This document shows positions 9,355 to 18,665 of a stretch of 64,000 bases of DNA, in pieces. The notes under the pieces are model-generated. The model ran no database searches, had not been told where the DNA came from, and saw nothing but the letters and a program-made list of their open reading frames with translations. The translations under genes were made by a program, and so were the position numbers. Source of the DNA: an uncultured delta proteobacterium (GTDB lineage: Bacteria; Desulfobacterota; Desulfobacteria; Desulfobacterales; SG8-13); assembly GCA_963792945.1 (NCBI GenBank), contig CAWBYM010000019.1, positions 66,158 through 130,157 on the forward strand, in the 5' to 3' direction. Positions within the stretch are counted from its first letter, which is position 1, and every line of letters starts with the position of its first letter.

Positions 9355-10575
9355 TCATTTGTTCCGGCGATGCGATTCTTTCGGAATCGCCGGCAGATAG
9401 GAAAATGTCGGAGACCTTTGGTCGTTCAGAATCCTTTTCAGATGTTCCAGGAGCAGCAGAGCCTGCATTTGGTCCCGGTCGAGGGTGTCCAAGTACTGCT
9501 CGTCGACAAACAATTCCGCCACTTGTTTATCGGACATCATTCCGCTGGTGCCACACCTTTGCTCGAGTTCGGCCAGATGGTTCCGCGTGATTTGCCTCAA
9601 TTTTTCATCCGGTAGTGTTTTTATGGTTTTCCATGCCCTTTCAATGGTCGAGGTATCGGCGACGCGCGGATTTTCGAGTATCTGCTTGAATCCGCGTGAA
9701 AAACGGATCATGCCGCTGTGGATGTGTTTCGGCCGAGCCAGGTTTATTCCCCCGAAACCGGCACTGACCCATTTGAAGCCGCCGAAACGGACTTTAGGGC
9801 GGTCCGTATCCAATTCGTAATAAAATGAAACCGAATAGGAATCGTACATGTAGGATTTGACCCAACCGAACCCGTTTCTGTTTACACCGGGAACGCCGGT
9901 ATAGATGTAATCCCAGTTTTCATCCGGCCCGATGACGATGCCCTTTTTACCGACATCCGATATGTCCACCTGTTTGGAGAGGCTGATCAATACCTTACGC
10001 CCTTTATGCTTCAGAACGATCAGCGTACGGTAAAGATCGTATTCGAAATAGGCGCCGGAACTGAAATCAGGAGAATTGACGATATGTTCGATGCCGGTAA
10101 CAAATAGCGGGGATACCCAACGGGGAAAAAACTCCCAGAGTTTCGGCAATTTGTTGTCAGGCGTATCGATTGATTTCCATTGGGACAAACGGAGCGTTGA
10201 CGGCATTGTGACGATGGAAGGAATGTCCTGGTTGTATGTCAGGCGCAGAATGGGCTCGATTTCCTCCTCGATGTCGATTTCGTGGTAGGCAGAGGCCGCC
10301 CTATTGATATTGGCCGCATGGTAAATAATCTTTTCGTCTTTGGGGGTTGCGACGAATTCCAAAAGGCCTGAAATCTTTTCAGCCGAAAACGATCGCGGGT
10401 CTGCAGCCTCTGCACCGACAAAGGCGAGCAGGTAAACCAATTCCTCATCAAGGTTTTCATCGAGGGATTGCTTCGGTCCGTCTGAAGAACCAAAGCCGTC
10501 AACCGGGGGTATCAGAAGCATCAGGACAACTATAACGCATCGTAAAGCGTCGCCTGCGACGATATTCGTTTTCAT
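9355..10575 (-). CDS. exported hypothetical protein (406 aa)
   Basis: Long uninterrupted ORF with an N-terminal hydrophobic signal-like segment (LRCVIVVLMLLIPPVDG). No family recognised from sequence. Confidence 0.65.
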   Translation of the reverse strand: MKTNIVAGDALRCVIVVLMLLIPPVDGFGSSDGPKQSLDENLDEELVYLLAFVGAEAADPRSFSAEKISGLLEFVATPKDEKIIYHAANINRAASAYHEIDIEEEIEPILRLTYNQDIPSIVTMPSTLRLSQWKSIDTPDNKLPKLWEFFPRWVSPLFVTGIEHIVNSPDFSSGAYFEYDLYRTLIVLKHKGRKVLISLSKQVDISDVGKKGIVIGPDENWDYIYTGVPGVNRNGFGWVKSYMYDSYSVSFYYELDTDRPKVRFGGFKWVSAGFGGINLARPKHIHSGMIRFSRGFKQILENPRVADTSTIERAWKTIKTLPDEKLRQITRNHLAELEQRCGTSGMMSDKQVAELFVDEQYLDTLDRDQMQALLLLEHLKRILNDQRSPTFSYLPAIPKESHRRNK

Positions 10576-10856
10576 AGGTCAAGGCAATTTTGTCGAGTTC
10601 AGAGTAATCGATTGTATAAAAGAAGAATCTACCAGATCCTCAGCGGGATCTCAATCGTTCTTTCTTCCATTTTGATTATTGTGCAAGGCCACGCACTATC
10701 GCGCGGTGTGTGTGGCTACACTTTTTCTTGTGGGGCCGATGACGGACAGATATTCGCGTGAGTGCCGCTTTCGTAACTAAACCGATGCCGTACTATGGCA
10801 ACCGAGCAACTGAATCACCGTTTACCGTATAAAAACATCGGCTGGGGGTTTCAGAT

Positions 10857-10880
10857 GAAAACGCCCGGAGAGTACCGGGC
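10857..10880 (-). terminator. possible intrinsic terminator downstream of the small Cys-rich ORF
   Basis: On the minus strand, GCCCGG-tactct-CCGGGC is followed by GTTTTC. The stem is short and the U-tract weak. Confidence 0.3.
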
Positions 10881-10930
10881 GCTGGTGTCGTCGAGATCCT
10901 GAGCGATCACGGGTTGCCGTTATCATTACC

Positions 10931-11107
10931 TTATCCCACGACGCAAGACCTGGCCCGCTGGCCGCTGGTCCGTGCGGCGCTGCGATAACAATAATGGAGA
11001 TCCTCGTAAGGTTCAGAACAGAAATCACATGTCTTTATTTCTTTGGCCAGATGCTGTTTCTCGATAGAGCAGCAGCGAGCGGCTTTTTTATCAGGAGATT
11101 TGGACAT
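10931..11107 (-). CDS. candidate small Cys-rich protein (58 aa), below the ORF-track size cut-off
   Basis: Hand translation gives MSKSPDKKAARCCSIEKQHLAKEIKTCDFCSEPYEDLHYCYRSAARTSGQRARSCVVG. GGAGGTG lies 5 nt upstream of the ATG at 11107, and there is a hairpin about 50 nt after the TAA. Six Cys, including CC and CxxC. Confidence 0.3.
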   Translation of the reverse strand: MSKSPDKKAARCCSIEKQHLAKEIKTCDFCSEPYEDLHYCYRSAARTSGQRARSCVVG

Positions 11108-11704
11108 AAGTCACCTCCGGTGGAATCGGATTTTCCTGACTCATCCGGCAGTTTAATGTTGATTTGGATCGTCAGTCCACGGAGGTCGCTTACCGTCTCG
11201 ACATCCGCGGTCCGTCAGGGCAGCCTGCGCTTACCCGGCAGCGTTACCGGTTATTTGCCGCAACTGACCGGCATGGACAGGCAACGTATCCGCTCCGGGA
11301 AGGTTGTCCCTGTTGGATGGCGAAAACGTAAGGACTGGCAATTAAAAGTCAACCGGTGACCGCTGCTTCATATCCGTGGAGACGGAGGAAGAAACATGGA
11401 ACGCTCCGACGATCTTGATGGTTTGTTCTCAGACCGGGGCGCTGCAACCGGTGACAACCGCAACATTTGACGCACTCACGTGCTCCTGATTTTCCGGCCG
11501 ATGACCGGAAATCCACGCCCACCCTCTTTGCGGGCGGCCGTTGACTCGCGGAAACCTCTCTGTTACACCCCGGGAGGCACTCCCGAAACCATTGCGGGAT
11601 GACGGGAAATTCCGAGGTGGTGAAGGGGAGGGCATAGGGATAGTTCGCACCTATGATGATGATGATTCTTCATACCATGGCTGGCAAGTATTTTCAGGCC
11701 CATC

Positions 11705-12952
11705 GTGTCGCAGAATATCAAAGGAACCGACCCTGTGTCTCCACCCATTGACAAGTTCACAGCCGGTGATGACGGGGAGCCCGCACGCAGACTGTTCAAA
11801 AGCATACTGGCTGCCAGTGTGTGTCGCATTCTTCTGAATACAGCCAGGAGATTTGCCTACCCGTTCGCCCCGGTCCTCAGCCGGGGCCTCGATGTCAATC
11901 TGACTGCGGTGACATCATTGATAGCCGTCAACCAGGCCACCGGCGTGGTTGCCATGTTTTTCGGACCGCTGGCCGATCGCCTCGGCTATCGTTTGATGAT
12001 GATGGCCGCCATGGGAATGCTCGTCGTCGGCATGCTGGCATCCGGTCTTCTGCCATTTTTCGGCGTGGTCATGGCCAGTCTCTTTCTGGCCGGTCTTGGT
12101 AAGAATATTTTCGACCCATCGATCCAGGCCTATGCCGGTGAACGCATACCCTATGAACGCCGAGGACTGATCATCGGCGTATTGGAATTCAGCTGGGCCG
12201 GGAGCACCCTCATCGGCGTCCCCTTGATGGGCCTGCTGATCGACCGTTTCGGGTGGCAATCGCCGTTTTTTGCCCTGGCTATAGGCGGTTTCATGGGGCT
12301 GATGGGTTTGATGGCCACCATCGGAGGCAACCGCCCCAAAACCAGGGAGTCCCCATCGGCCGGAAGCTTGTGGGACGCCTGGCGCCTCGTCTTGAGACGG
12401 CGGGAGGCACTCGGCGCCTTGGGGTTCGGCTTCTTCATCAGCGCTGCCAATGACAACCTGTTTGTGATTTACGGGGTATGGTTGGAGCAGTCGTTTTCAC
12501 TGGGTATCGTTGCCTTGGGGCTGGGAACCGGCATGATCGGCCTGGCCGAGCTTCTGGGAGAAATTATGACGGCTTCCCTGGCGGATAGGATCGGCCTCAA
12601 GACGGCCGTCGGGGGAGGACTGGTCGCGTCAATGATCGGTTACCTGATCCTTCCTGTTGTCGGGTTGAATGTGCATGGGGCGCTGGCCGGTCTTTTCATC
12701 GTTTTCCTGGTATTCGAGTTTACCATGGTCTGTTTTCTCTCGTTATCCACGGAGTTGATACCGGCGCAACGCGCCACCATGATGTCGATTATACTGGCGG
12801 CGGCCGGAATGGGACGCGTCGTCGGGGCACTGGTCGGCGGACCGGTTTGGCTGGCCGGTGGCATTCTGGCCACGTCTGCTACATCGGCGCTGATCAGCGC
12901 TCTGGGATTCGTTTTTTTATTTTGGGGGCTGAGAGGCTGGCGGCCGGCTTAA
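11705..12952 (+). CDS. MFS transporter
   Basis: 415 aa with about 12 hydrophobic segments and an MFS-like GPLADRLGYR loop motif. The true start may be downstream of 11705. Confidence 0.85.
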   Translation: MSQNIKGTDPVSPPIDKFTAGDDGEPARRLFKSILAASVCRILLNTARRFAYPFAPVLSRGLDVNLTAVTSLIAVNQATGVVAMFFGPLADRLGYRLMMMAAMGMLVVGMLASGLLPFFGVVMASLFLAGLGKNIFDPSIQAYAGERIPYERRGLIIGVLEFSWAGSTLIGVPLMGLLIDRFGWQSPFFALAIGGFMGLMGLMATIGGNRPKTRESPSAGSLWDAWRLVLRRREALGALGFGFFISAANDNLFVIYGVWLEQSFSLGIVALGLGTGMIGLAELLGEIMTASLADRIGLKTAVGGGLVASMIGYLILPVVGLNVHGALAGLFIVFLVFEFTMVCFLSLSTELIPAQRATMMSIILAAAGMGRVVGALVGGPVWLAGGILATSATSALISALGFVFLFWGLRGWRPA

Positions 12953-13456
12953 GTCCAGTGGGACTCCGTCCCCGTTGGCTTTCAATTCTGCCGATCCGCC
13001 GGGCTGGGTAAAACTGCCGATGGCCTCAAGGTAGCTTTTCTGCGGGCGCAGTCCCATGAGGCTGTATACCAGGGTTTGATTCTTGACGAAGGCAACGAAC
13101 GGAATCCCGCGAACCCCCATCAATTCCGCTAGGGAATTGTTTTCATCGTAGTTGATCCTGTAAACGTCTGCCACGCCCTTCTTCTGCCAGGCAACGGCTT
13201 CAAGGATCGGTTCCAGCTCTTTGCAGGGCGGGCACCAGTTGGCGTAAAAATCGAACAGCAACAGCCGATCGCCTGCAGCCGATACGATCCGGCGGAACTC
13301 GTCCATGTTTTTGATCTCGGCAAGGGGCAATCGCTCCTGCTTCTCTGGACGGCTGCCCACCGGTCCGCTTTCGCAGGCCGACAGGGCCAGAGCGATTGCC
13401 ATCGAGAGCACCAGATGGTGCATGGCTCTTCCAAGAATAGAAGTTTTAGTGATCAT
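12917..13456 (-). CDS. thioredoxin-fold lipoprotein (TlpA/ResA-like thiol:disulfide oxidoreductase)
   Basis: Lipobox LALSAC and the WCPPCK active site in LLFDFYANWCPPCKELEPIL. Its 3' end overlaps the convergent MFS gene by 36 nt. Confidence 0.8.
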   Translation of the reverse strand: MITKTSILGRAMHHLVLSMAIALALSACESGPVGSRPEKQERLPLAEIKNMDEFRRIVSAAGDRLLLFDFYANWCPPCKELEPILEAVAWQKKGVADVYRINYDENNSLAELMGVRGIPFVAFVKNQTLVYSLMGLRPQKSYLEAIGSFTQPGGSAELKANGDGVPLDLSRPPASQPPK

Positions 13457-14073
13457 TTGGTGTCTTGAAGGTTTTTCTTGTAGATAACCACCAACTCGTC
13501 CACCGACTTTCCATTCGGGGCCATGGCCAATGGATTGATCGTCAATAATTCTTCCCAGGCCTCGATGCCGCTTTGCGGTTCATTGAGATCGTGCAGCAGA
13601 ACAATCCCCTTGTTGAACCGGGCGATTTCATGTTTGGGATCGGCCCGGATCGCTTCGTCAAAGGCTGCGATGGCCTCCCGCGGCTGATTGCTGCGGCGGT
13701 ACATGACACCCATGTCGGTCCAGACATTCGCGTTCTTGGGATCGAGGTCCAAAGATTTTCTATAGGCCCAAATCGATTTGTCGAATTGTTCGGTGTCGAA
13801 ATAGAGGTTGCCCAGTTGGACCCAGGCGGTCACGTTGTTGGGGTTTTGGGAGGTTTCCCTGGTCAAAGCGTCAAGCTCCCGGCTGCGATCGGCGACATCG
13901 GCCTGAACCGGCGCCTGCGGCGTGACCGGGGCTTGGCTCGATTTGTAGCTACTGAAAACGACGCCACCGAAAAATCCAGCCGCGAGGCAGAGGACCGCCA
14001 CGCCGTACACGGTCGTTTTTTTGACCATGCCATCATGGGTATTCGTTCTCTTTGTCATCATTCCTCCCGGCAA
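13453..14073 (-). CDS. membrane-anchored TPR-repeat protein (NrfG/CcmH-like)
   Basis: One N-terminal TM helix followed by TPR repeats (AWVQLGNLYFDTEQFDKSIWAYRKSLDLDPKNANVWTDMGVMY...). There is a 4-nt start/stop overlap with the thioredoxin-like gene. Confidence 0.75.
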   Translation of the reverse strand: MPGGMMTKRTNTHDGMVKKTTVYGVAVLCLAAGFFGGVVFSSYKSSQAPVTPQAPVQADVADRSRELDALTRETSQNPNNVTAWVQLGNLYFDTEQFDKSIWAYRKSLDLDPKNANVWTDMGVMYRRSNQPREAIAAFDEAIRADPKHEIARFNKGIVLLHDLNEPQSGIEAWEELLTINPLAMAPNGKSVDELVVIYKKNLQDTK

Positions 14074-14171
14074 CAGACCATTTGACTCTTCCCCCCGTCA
14101 TTGAGTAAATCCCGGCGGCGGAAGGCGCCGTTTTTTATGTCCACCCAACATAAAGCGTGCCCTCTTGGTAA

Positions 14172-14759
14172 TCAAGCCGCCGGCTTGCCCGTTGGTTTAA
14201 AAAAATTGGCGAGTGAAAGCTGGGGTGAACCGGCATGGCCGCCGTTTGGGTGCAGATATTCCCGGAGCTGGCGGCAAACCAGAAGGTCAGTCGGAAATGC
14301 CATCGGCTCCGGCAGGCGGTCAATTGGGAAGTAGCCGAGGTCGGCAGCGTCCGATCCGGCCAACAGTCGGCCGCCGGTCGGTCGGCCCCAGAACCAAATC
14401 CCCACGGTCTGATTGTCGGGATCATGGAAGTTGGAGTGCACATCAAATACGGATCCGATGTCGGCCTCCAGGCCGGTTTCCTCTTTGAGTTCTCTCCCTG
14501 CGGCCCGGCGGACATCTTCGTTCCATTCGACATAGCCGCAGGGAATGCACCATGCGCCGGCATATGAACGGTTGCGTTGGACCAGAAGGATGCGCGGCCA
14601 CTGGAGGATCAGGACCGCCACACCGACAATCGGGTTACGGTATTGAATTCGCTGGCACCGGTTGCAGTACAGGCGTCTTCTATCACCTATCGTCTGATTC
14701 TGCAGCCGGCTGCCGCAGGCAGAACAGAAATCGGTTGTCATCTTTTTATAAGTCTTCAA
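14172..14759 (-). CDS. NUDIX hydrolase with N-terminal zinc ribbon
   Basis: CSACGSRL...CNRCQ zinc ribbon, then a Nudix box GYVEWNEDVRRAAGRELKEETGL. Confidence 0.8.
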   Translation of the reverse strand: MKTYKKMTTDFCSACGSRLQNQTIGDRRRLYCNRCQRIQYRNPIVGVAVLILQWPRILLVQRNRSYAGAWCIPCGYVEWNEDVRRAAGRELKEETGLEADIGSVFDVHSNFHDPDNQTVGIWFWGRPTGGRLLAGSDAADLGYFPIDRLPEPMAFPTDLLVCRQLREYLHPNGGHAGSPQLSLANFFKPTGKPAA

Positions 14760-15120
14760 TTTTCGGGAACAATATGGGTGATACGGGATGGTGCGTTACC
14801 GGTGCGGGCTCCGTCAGCGTCCCTGAACCTCATGCGATCTCCACCAAGGTATGATCAATTTACTTATTTCATCCAGACAGCGACTGTCAAGGTCGTTCGG
14901 CGGGGGGCCTCTTGCCGAACTTGAGGCGATTTTGACAATCACGGTTATCGTCTTAGTTTTTTAGCGAAGCGCTCAACGCGCCTGTGTTTCGATTTATACG
15001 GGGTGCGTTCGCGGTTCGAAGGTTTCATGAACAGCCGTGTTCGTGACTTCCGGTAACGATAAGCCGGCATCAATTCGGCATGCCTGATCGAACAAGGCCC
15101 ATCGTATCACCAGCCGGCAA

Positions 15121-15520
15121 ATGGATGAGCGAAGAGTGAAACGGAAGCTTCTACTGGTCACTTGCCTGCTTGCATTCGGCGTGGCACCGGCCGATGCGTT
15201 GCATGTTCACCACGAAATGCGCATCAGGCTCGATCCGGACCACCGCCGGATAGAAGGTGTCGATACCCTGTCGATCCGACCGGCCCCAATTGCTTCTCCG
15301 ATCCTGTACCTTTTTCGGCGTATTCGATCATCGCTTCGACTCCGGGAGGACGGTGGCCCTGTTTTTGCTCTTATCTACCGCTTCAGCAGAGGAGGCGGCA
15401 CGTAAAATTACCCATCATGGCCAGTACAGTTACCTGGTTTTCAGCGGCGGCCGAAATCGGACCAAAGGGACCTGGCCCATTGAAAAGTCACCCCTGATGC
15501 ATCGGTTCATTAAACAATAA
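15121..15520 (+). pseudogene. possible remnant of an M1-type peptidase-like gene (N- and C-terminal ends only, in different frames)
   Basis: Frame 1 gives a signal peptide plus ALHVHHEMRIRLDPDHRRIEGVDTLSIRP, a typical start of M1-family proteins. Another frame ends with EEAARKITHHGQYSYLVFSGGRNRTKGTW. Only about 400 bp are present, so the catalytic core is missing. From memory of family termini; weak. Confidence 0.3.
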
Positions 15521-15612
15521 CCACCAAAGGAGCTCAGGGCGGCTGCTCGCATCCTTTGTCAACCAGGCCGTCGCCATGCGGCTCTATGTGTTCAGGAGAA
15601 AGCCGATCGTTA

Positions 15613-16464
15613 ATGAATAAAATACTTATCCTTGTGATCATTTCTACCGCCATGTTCGCGGGCGGTTGTACAGCGAGCGAAAAGACCGTCAGCCAAAGGT
15701 TTTGGGACTTGAACAGCCAAGACGAGCGCCCGGCCGGCGAGGTGGTTGCAGAGCTGAAAAAAGCCCGCCTCGTCCTAGTGGGAGAACACCACACCAATGA
15801 AGGACACCACCGGGCCCAGCTGGCAGTGATCCGCATGCTTCATGAGGCCGGAGTGAAGGTTGCCATCGGTATGGAAATGTTCAGGCGCGGCAGCCAGAAC
15901 GATTTGGACGGCTGGGTGTCGGGCCGGCTCGGCGAAGCGGCGTTCGAGAAGGTCTTCTACGACAACTGGACCTATTCCTATTCATTTTACAGGCCGATCC
16001 TGGTTTATGCCCGGGACAACATGATTCCTGTGGTTGGCCTCAACGTACCCGGCGACATTACGCGCCAGGTTGCACGGATGGGCTATCAGTCGCTGTCGGA
16101 CGAGCAGCGAGGTCATCTGGGAGAAGTCGCCTGTCGCGTAGACAAGGAATACATGGCGTTTATCCGGGAAGCCTTTGGGGGACATACCCACGACCATCTG
16201 AACTTCGTTTACTTCTGTGAGGCCCAGATGGTCTGGGATACCGTAATGGCCGTTACCGCCCTGGATTACCTGTCGAAAAAACCGGACACCGCGATGGTGA
16301 TTCTGGCCGGGACCGGGCACGTGCGCAAACAGGCGATTCCCAGCCAAATCCGCAGCCGATCGGCGCTCCCGTTTTCTGTGATCCTGCCGGAAGCTCCCGG
16401 AAGCATCGACAAAACCACCGTCGACGGTGAGGATGCCGACTACATTCTGTTGGCTCCGAATTGA
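15613..16464 (+). CDS. ChaN-family (haem-binding uptake / Tiki superfamily) lipoprotein
   Basis: MNKILILVIISTAMFAGGC lipobox at ATG 15613. LVLVGEHHTNEGHHRAQLAVIRML matches the ChaN GEHH motif. Confidence 0.75.
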   Translation: MNKILILVIISTAMFAGGCTASEKTVSQRFWDLNSQDERPAGEVVAELKKARLVLVGEHHTNEGHHRAQLAVIRMLHEAGVKVAIGMEMFRRGSQNDLDGWVSGRLGEAAFEKVFYDNWTYSYSFYRPILVYARDNMIPVVGLNVPGDITRQVARMGYQSLSDEQRGHLGEVACRVDKEYMAFIREAFGGHTHDHLNFVYFCEAQMVWDTVMAVTALDYLSKKPDTAMVILAGTGHVRKQAIPSQIRSRSALPFSVILPEAPGSIDKTTVDGEDADYILLAPN

Positions 16465-16514
16465 CATTATGGCCGCTTTTTCCTTCGTGGCCATCAATGG
16501 GGAAGGATATCGGT

Positions 16515-17093
16515 ATGAAGTATTGCAGCCGGTGTGGCTCAACTGTGACCTTGGAAATCCCTGCCGGCGACGACCGCCCGCGGTATACGTGTCACGCCTG
16601 CGGCATGATCCACTATCAGAATCCCAGGGTCGTGGTCGGTTGCATACCCGAATGGCAGGACAAGATCCTGTTTTGCCGGCGGGCGATCGAACCCCGTTAC
16701 GGGTATTGGACCCTACCGGCCGGCTACCTTGAAAATGGAGAAACTGTCGCAGAGGGCGCCAGACGGGAAACCTTAGAGGAGGCCGGAGCCGCCGTTCACG
16801 AACTGAGTCCTTACGGGCTCTACAACATCTGCTACGTCAACCAGATTTACCTGATGTTCAGGGGCCGTCTCGCCGGTCCGGATGCCACCGCCGGCAATGA
16901 AAGTTTGGATGCCCGGCTCTTAGGCGTCCACGAAATTCCATGGGACGATTTGGCCTTCCCAGTGATCGAGAAAACATTGATCCGCTATGTCAAGGATCGA
17001 TCCCGGTCTGAATTCACTTTTCATATCGACGACATAGAACGCCGGGATATCCAATCAGTGACACTCCCGTTCACACGCCCACAAAGCCGGTGA
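16515..17093 (+). CDS. NUDIX hydrolase with N-terminal zinc ribbon
   Basis: MKYCSRCGS...CHACG zinc ribbon and Nudix box GYLENGETVAEGARRETLEEAGA. The ATG at 16515 is preceded by GGAAGGA. Confidence 0.85.
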   Translation: MKYCSRCGSTVTLEIPAGDDRPRYTCHACGMIHYQNPRVVVGCIPEWQDKILFCRRAIEPRYGYWTLPAGYLENGETVAEGARRETLEEAGAAVHELSPYGLYNICYVNQIYLMFRGRLAGPDATAGNESLDARLLGVHEIPWDDLAFPVIEKTLIRYVKDRSRSEFTFHIDDIERRDIQSVTLPFTRPQSR

Positions 17094-17379
17094 AGTTCAA
17101 ATAAATTTCTAAAGCATTCGATCTTCCGGAATACGGATTCATTTCGATTTTCGTATGCGGTGCCTCGGTCTTTCCCAACGGGGGAGGTACAACCGCATCG
17201 GGTCCTCTACCAAAGGCGGAGGTTTGAGTTCGAGATTATCAGGCTGTTGAAAAACTATTGCGCTTGACCATACGGTGTTAAAATCCTCCTCAAAAGGCTC
17301 ATTCATTACACATAAACTCCGCTTTTCGTCGGATTTTGCCTTGTCTTGCCTTAGCCCATGACGTTTTTCATTACCCTTG

Positions 17380-17736
17380 TTAAAGAAGGTTTTCCTTTTT
17401 CAGGTAGCTCATGGATCGCTGGCCGATATCGGTGACGCAGCTCAGAGCCTTCGTAAGGTGATATACGGCTTCGGAGGCCACGCCGGAATCGAGCATGACA
17501 AGGGCCAAGTCGACGTTCTTTTCCACTTCCCGCCACTTCTGGTCAGCGGCCACCCGGCTGGCCAAGTGAACATCATGCAGGAGCGAACCGATAAAAACGT
17601 GCGCCATCCGTTCGCCGCTGCGGCGGTTTTTTTCAGGCAGCCGGATGAGTAAGGCGAGCGCTTGAGTGACCCAGATTATGCCGGCTTTTATTTTTTCGCT
17701 CTGCGTGAATGCGAGAATCGCTTCTTTTGAATCCAT
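17380..17736 (-). CDS. hypothetical helical protein (118 aa)
   Basis: Only sizeable ORF in this gap. No clear SD and no family recognised. Confidence 0.35.
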   Translation of the reverse strand: MDSKEAILAFTQSEKIKAGIIWVTQALALLIRLPEKNRRSGERMAHVFIGSLLHDVHLASRVAADQKWREVEKNVDLALVMLDSGVASEAVYHLTKALSCVTDIGQRSMSYLKKENLL

Positions 17737-17827
17737 ATGGGTGTCACGATCTGTGCTATTGACATACTTTCAAACAATATTTTATGTTTCGGCCTGACAG
17801 TACCGGGTTGAATCCGGTAGGCAAAAG

Positions 17828-18592
17828 ATGTCGAAACGATTAATGGGAAAAGGACACCCCCAGTCTATGCGCTTGTTCGCTATGATAAAATGTTTCCGCC
17901 CGGCCGTGTTGGCCGGGTTGATCGGACTGGCAGCCTTCCTAGTGACGGGCTGTTCAAGTGAGGAGAAGACGTCACCGCACGCTCCGAGCACAGAGGGTTT
18001 TACCTTTTTCGATGTCGGAGCGGAGACACTGTTTTCTGACGGGCTGCGTGAACGCTTGAGAGGCAGCCTCGGAGCCGATGCCATCGAAAAACGCAACATC
18101 ATCAACTTGGAAGTCAACTGGAAGGGCTTTCTCAAAAATTACTTCCCCGATTTGCACCAGCTGAACCTTCGGCTGAACTCCCCTCCGGGCGAGCGGATCG
18201 AACACGACACCGTCAAGCTCATGTATCGCTATGCCCGAAACAAAGACCTCCCTTTCAACTATGTCGAGCTGGTCTTTTCGAACCGCAGCGGGCGCCCACT
18301 GTTCATTCACCTCTACTCCCGTAAAGATATAAACGATATTTTCCGCACCCTCGAAGACAAATTCGGTCAGCCGATGAGGGTCGATCTACCGCCAGATAAC
18401 GGTCGGGCGATGTATTGGCAGGATGAGAAAGATCTGCTGCTCGCCACGGTCGCCCCAACGCGCCGCGGCGATGAGCTGTACCGAATCGTGATCTACTTTT
18501 CCGGCAACATCGAAGACCTCGTTGCCGTGGAAGAAAAAGAACGGCGGGAGAAAGAGGACAGCCGGCGTCGCACCGGCGAAAGGGCCTTCTGA
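17828..18592 (+). CDS. hypothetical lipoprotein
   Basis: Lipobox AAFLVTGCSS, so the start is probably at an internal Met, e.g. 17882 MIKCF. Charged EKERREKEDSRRR tail. Confidence 0.6.
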   Translation: MSKRLMGKGHPQSMRLFAMIKCFRPAVLAGLIGLAAFLVTGCSSEEKTSPHAPSTEGFTFFDVGAETLFSDGLRERLRGSLGADAIEKRNIINLEVNWKGFLKNYFPDLHQLNLRLNSPPGERIEHDTVKLMYRYARNKDLPFNYVELVFSNRSGRPLFIHLYSRKDINDIFRTLEDKFGQPMRVDLPPDNGRAMYWQDEKDLLLATVAPTRRGDELYRIVIYFSGNIEDLVAVEEKERREKEDSRRRTGERAF

Positions 18593-18665
18593 CTCCCCCA
18601 TGAATCTCCACAATCACCGCTATTGAGCGCTATATCACTTCCTGATCGCCCGCTCCCATAGGTAA

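Noticed and set aside
11380-11700. Possible cobalamin or TPP riboswitch upstream of the MFS transporter (GGGAA...GGTGGTGAAGG); also a CTGAGA box at about 5845
   Set aside because: The core elements are absent (the GCCACTG B12 box, and the CCTGATCTGGATAATGCCAGCG-type TPP arm), and I could not draw the conserved helices by eye.
17215-17240. tRNA-like GAGTTCGAG segment; similar GGTTCGAA/GGTTCAATC strings at 15011, 5350 and 5876
   Set aside because: No flanking acceptor, D or anticodon stems can be paired. These are isolated T-loop-like strings only.
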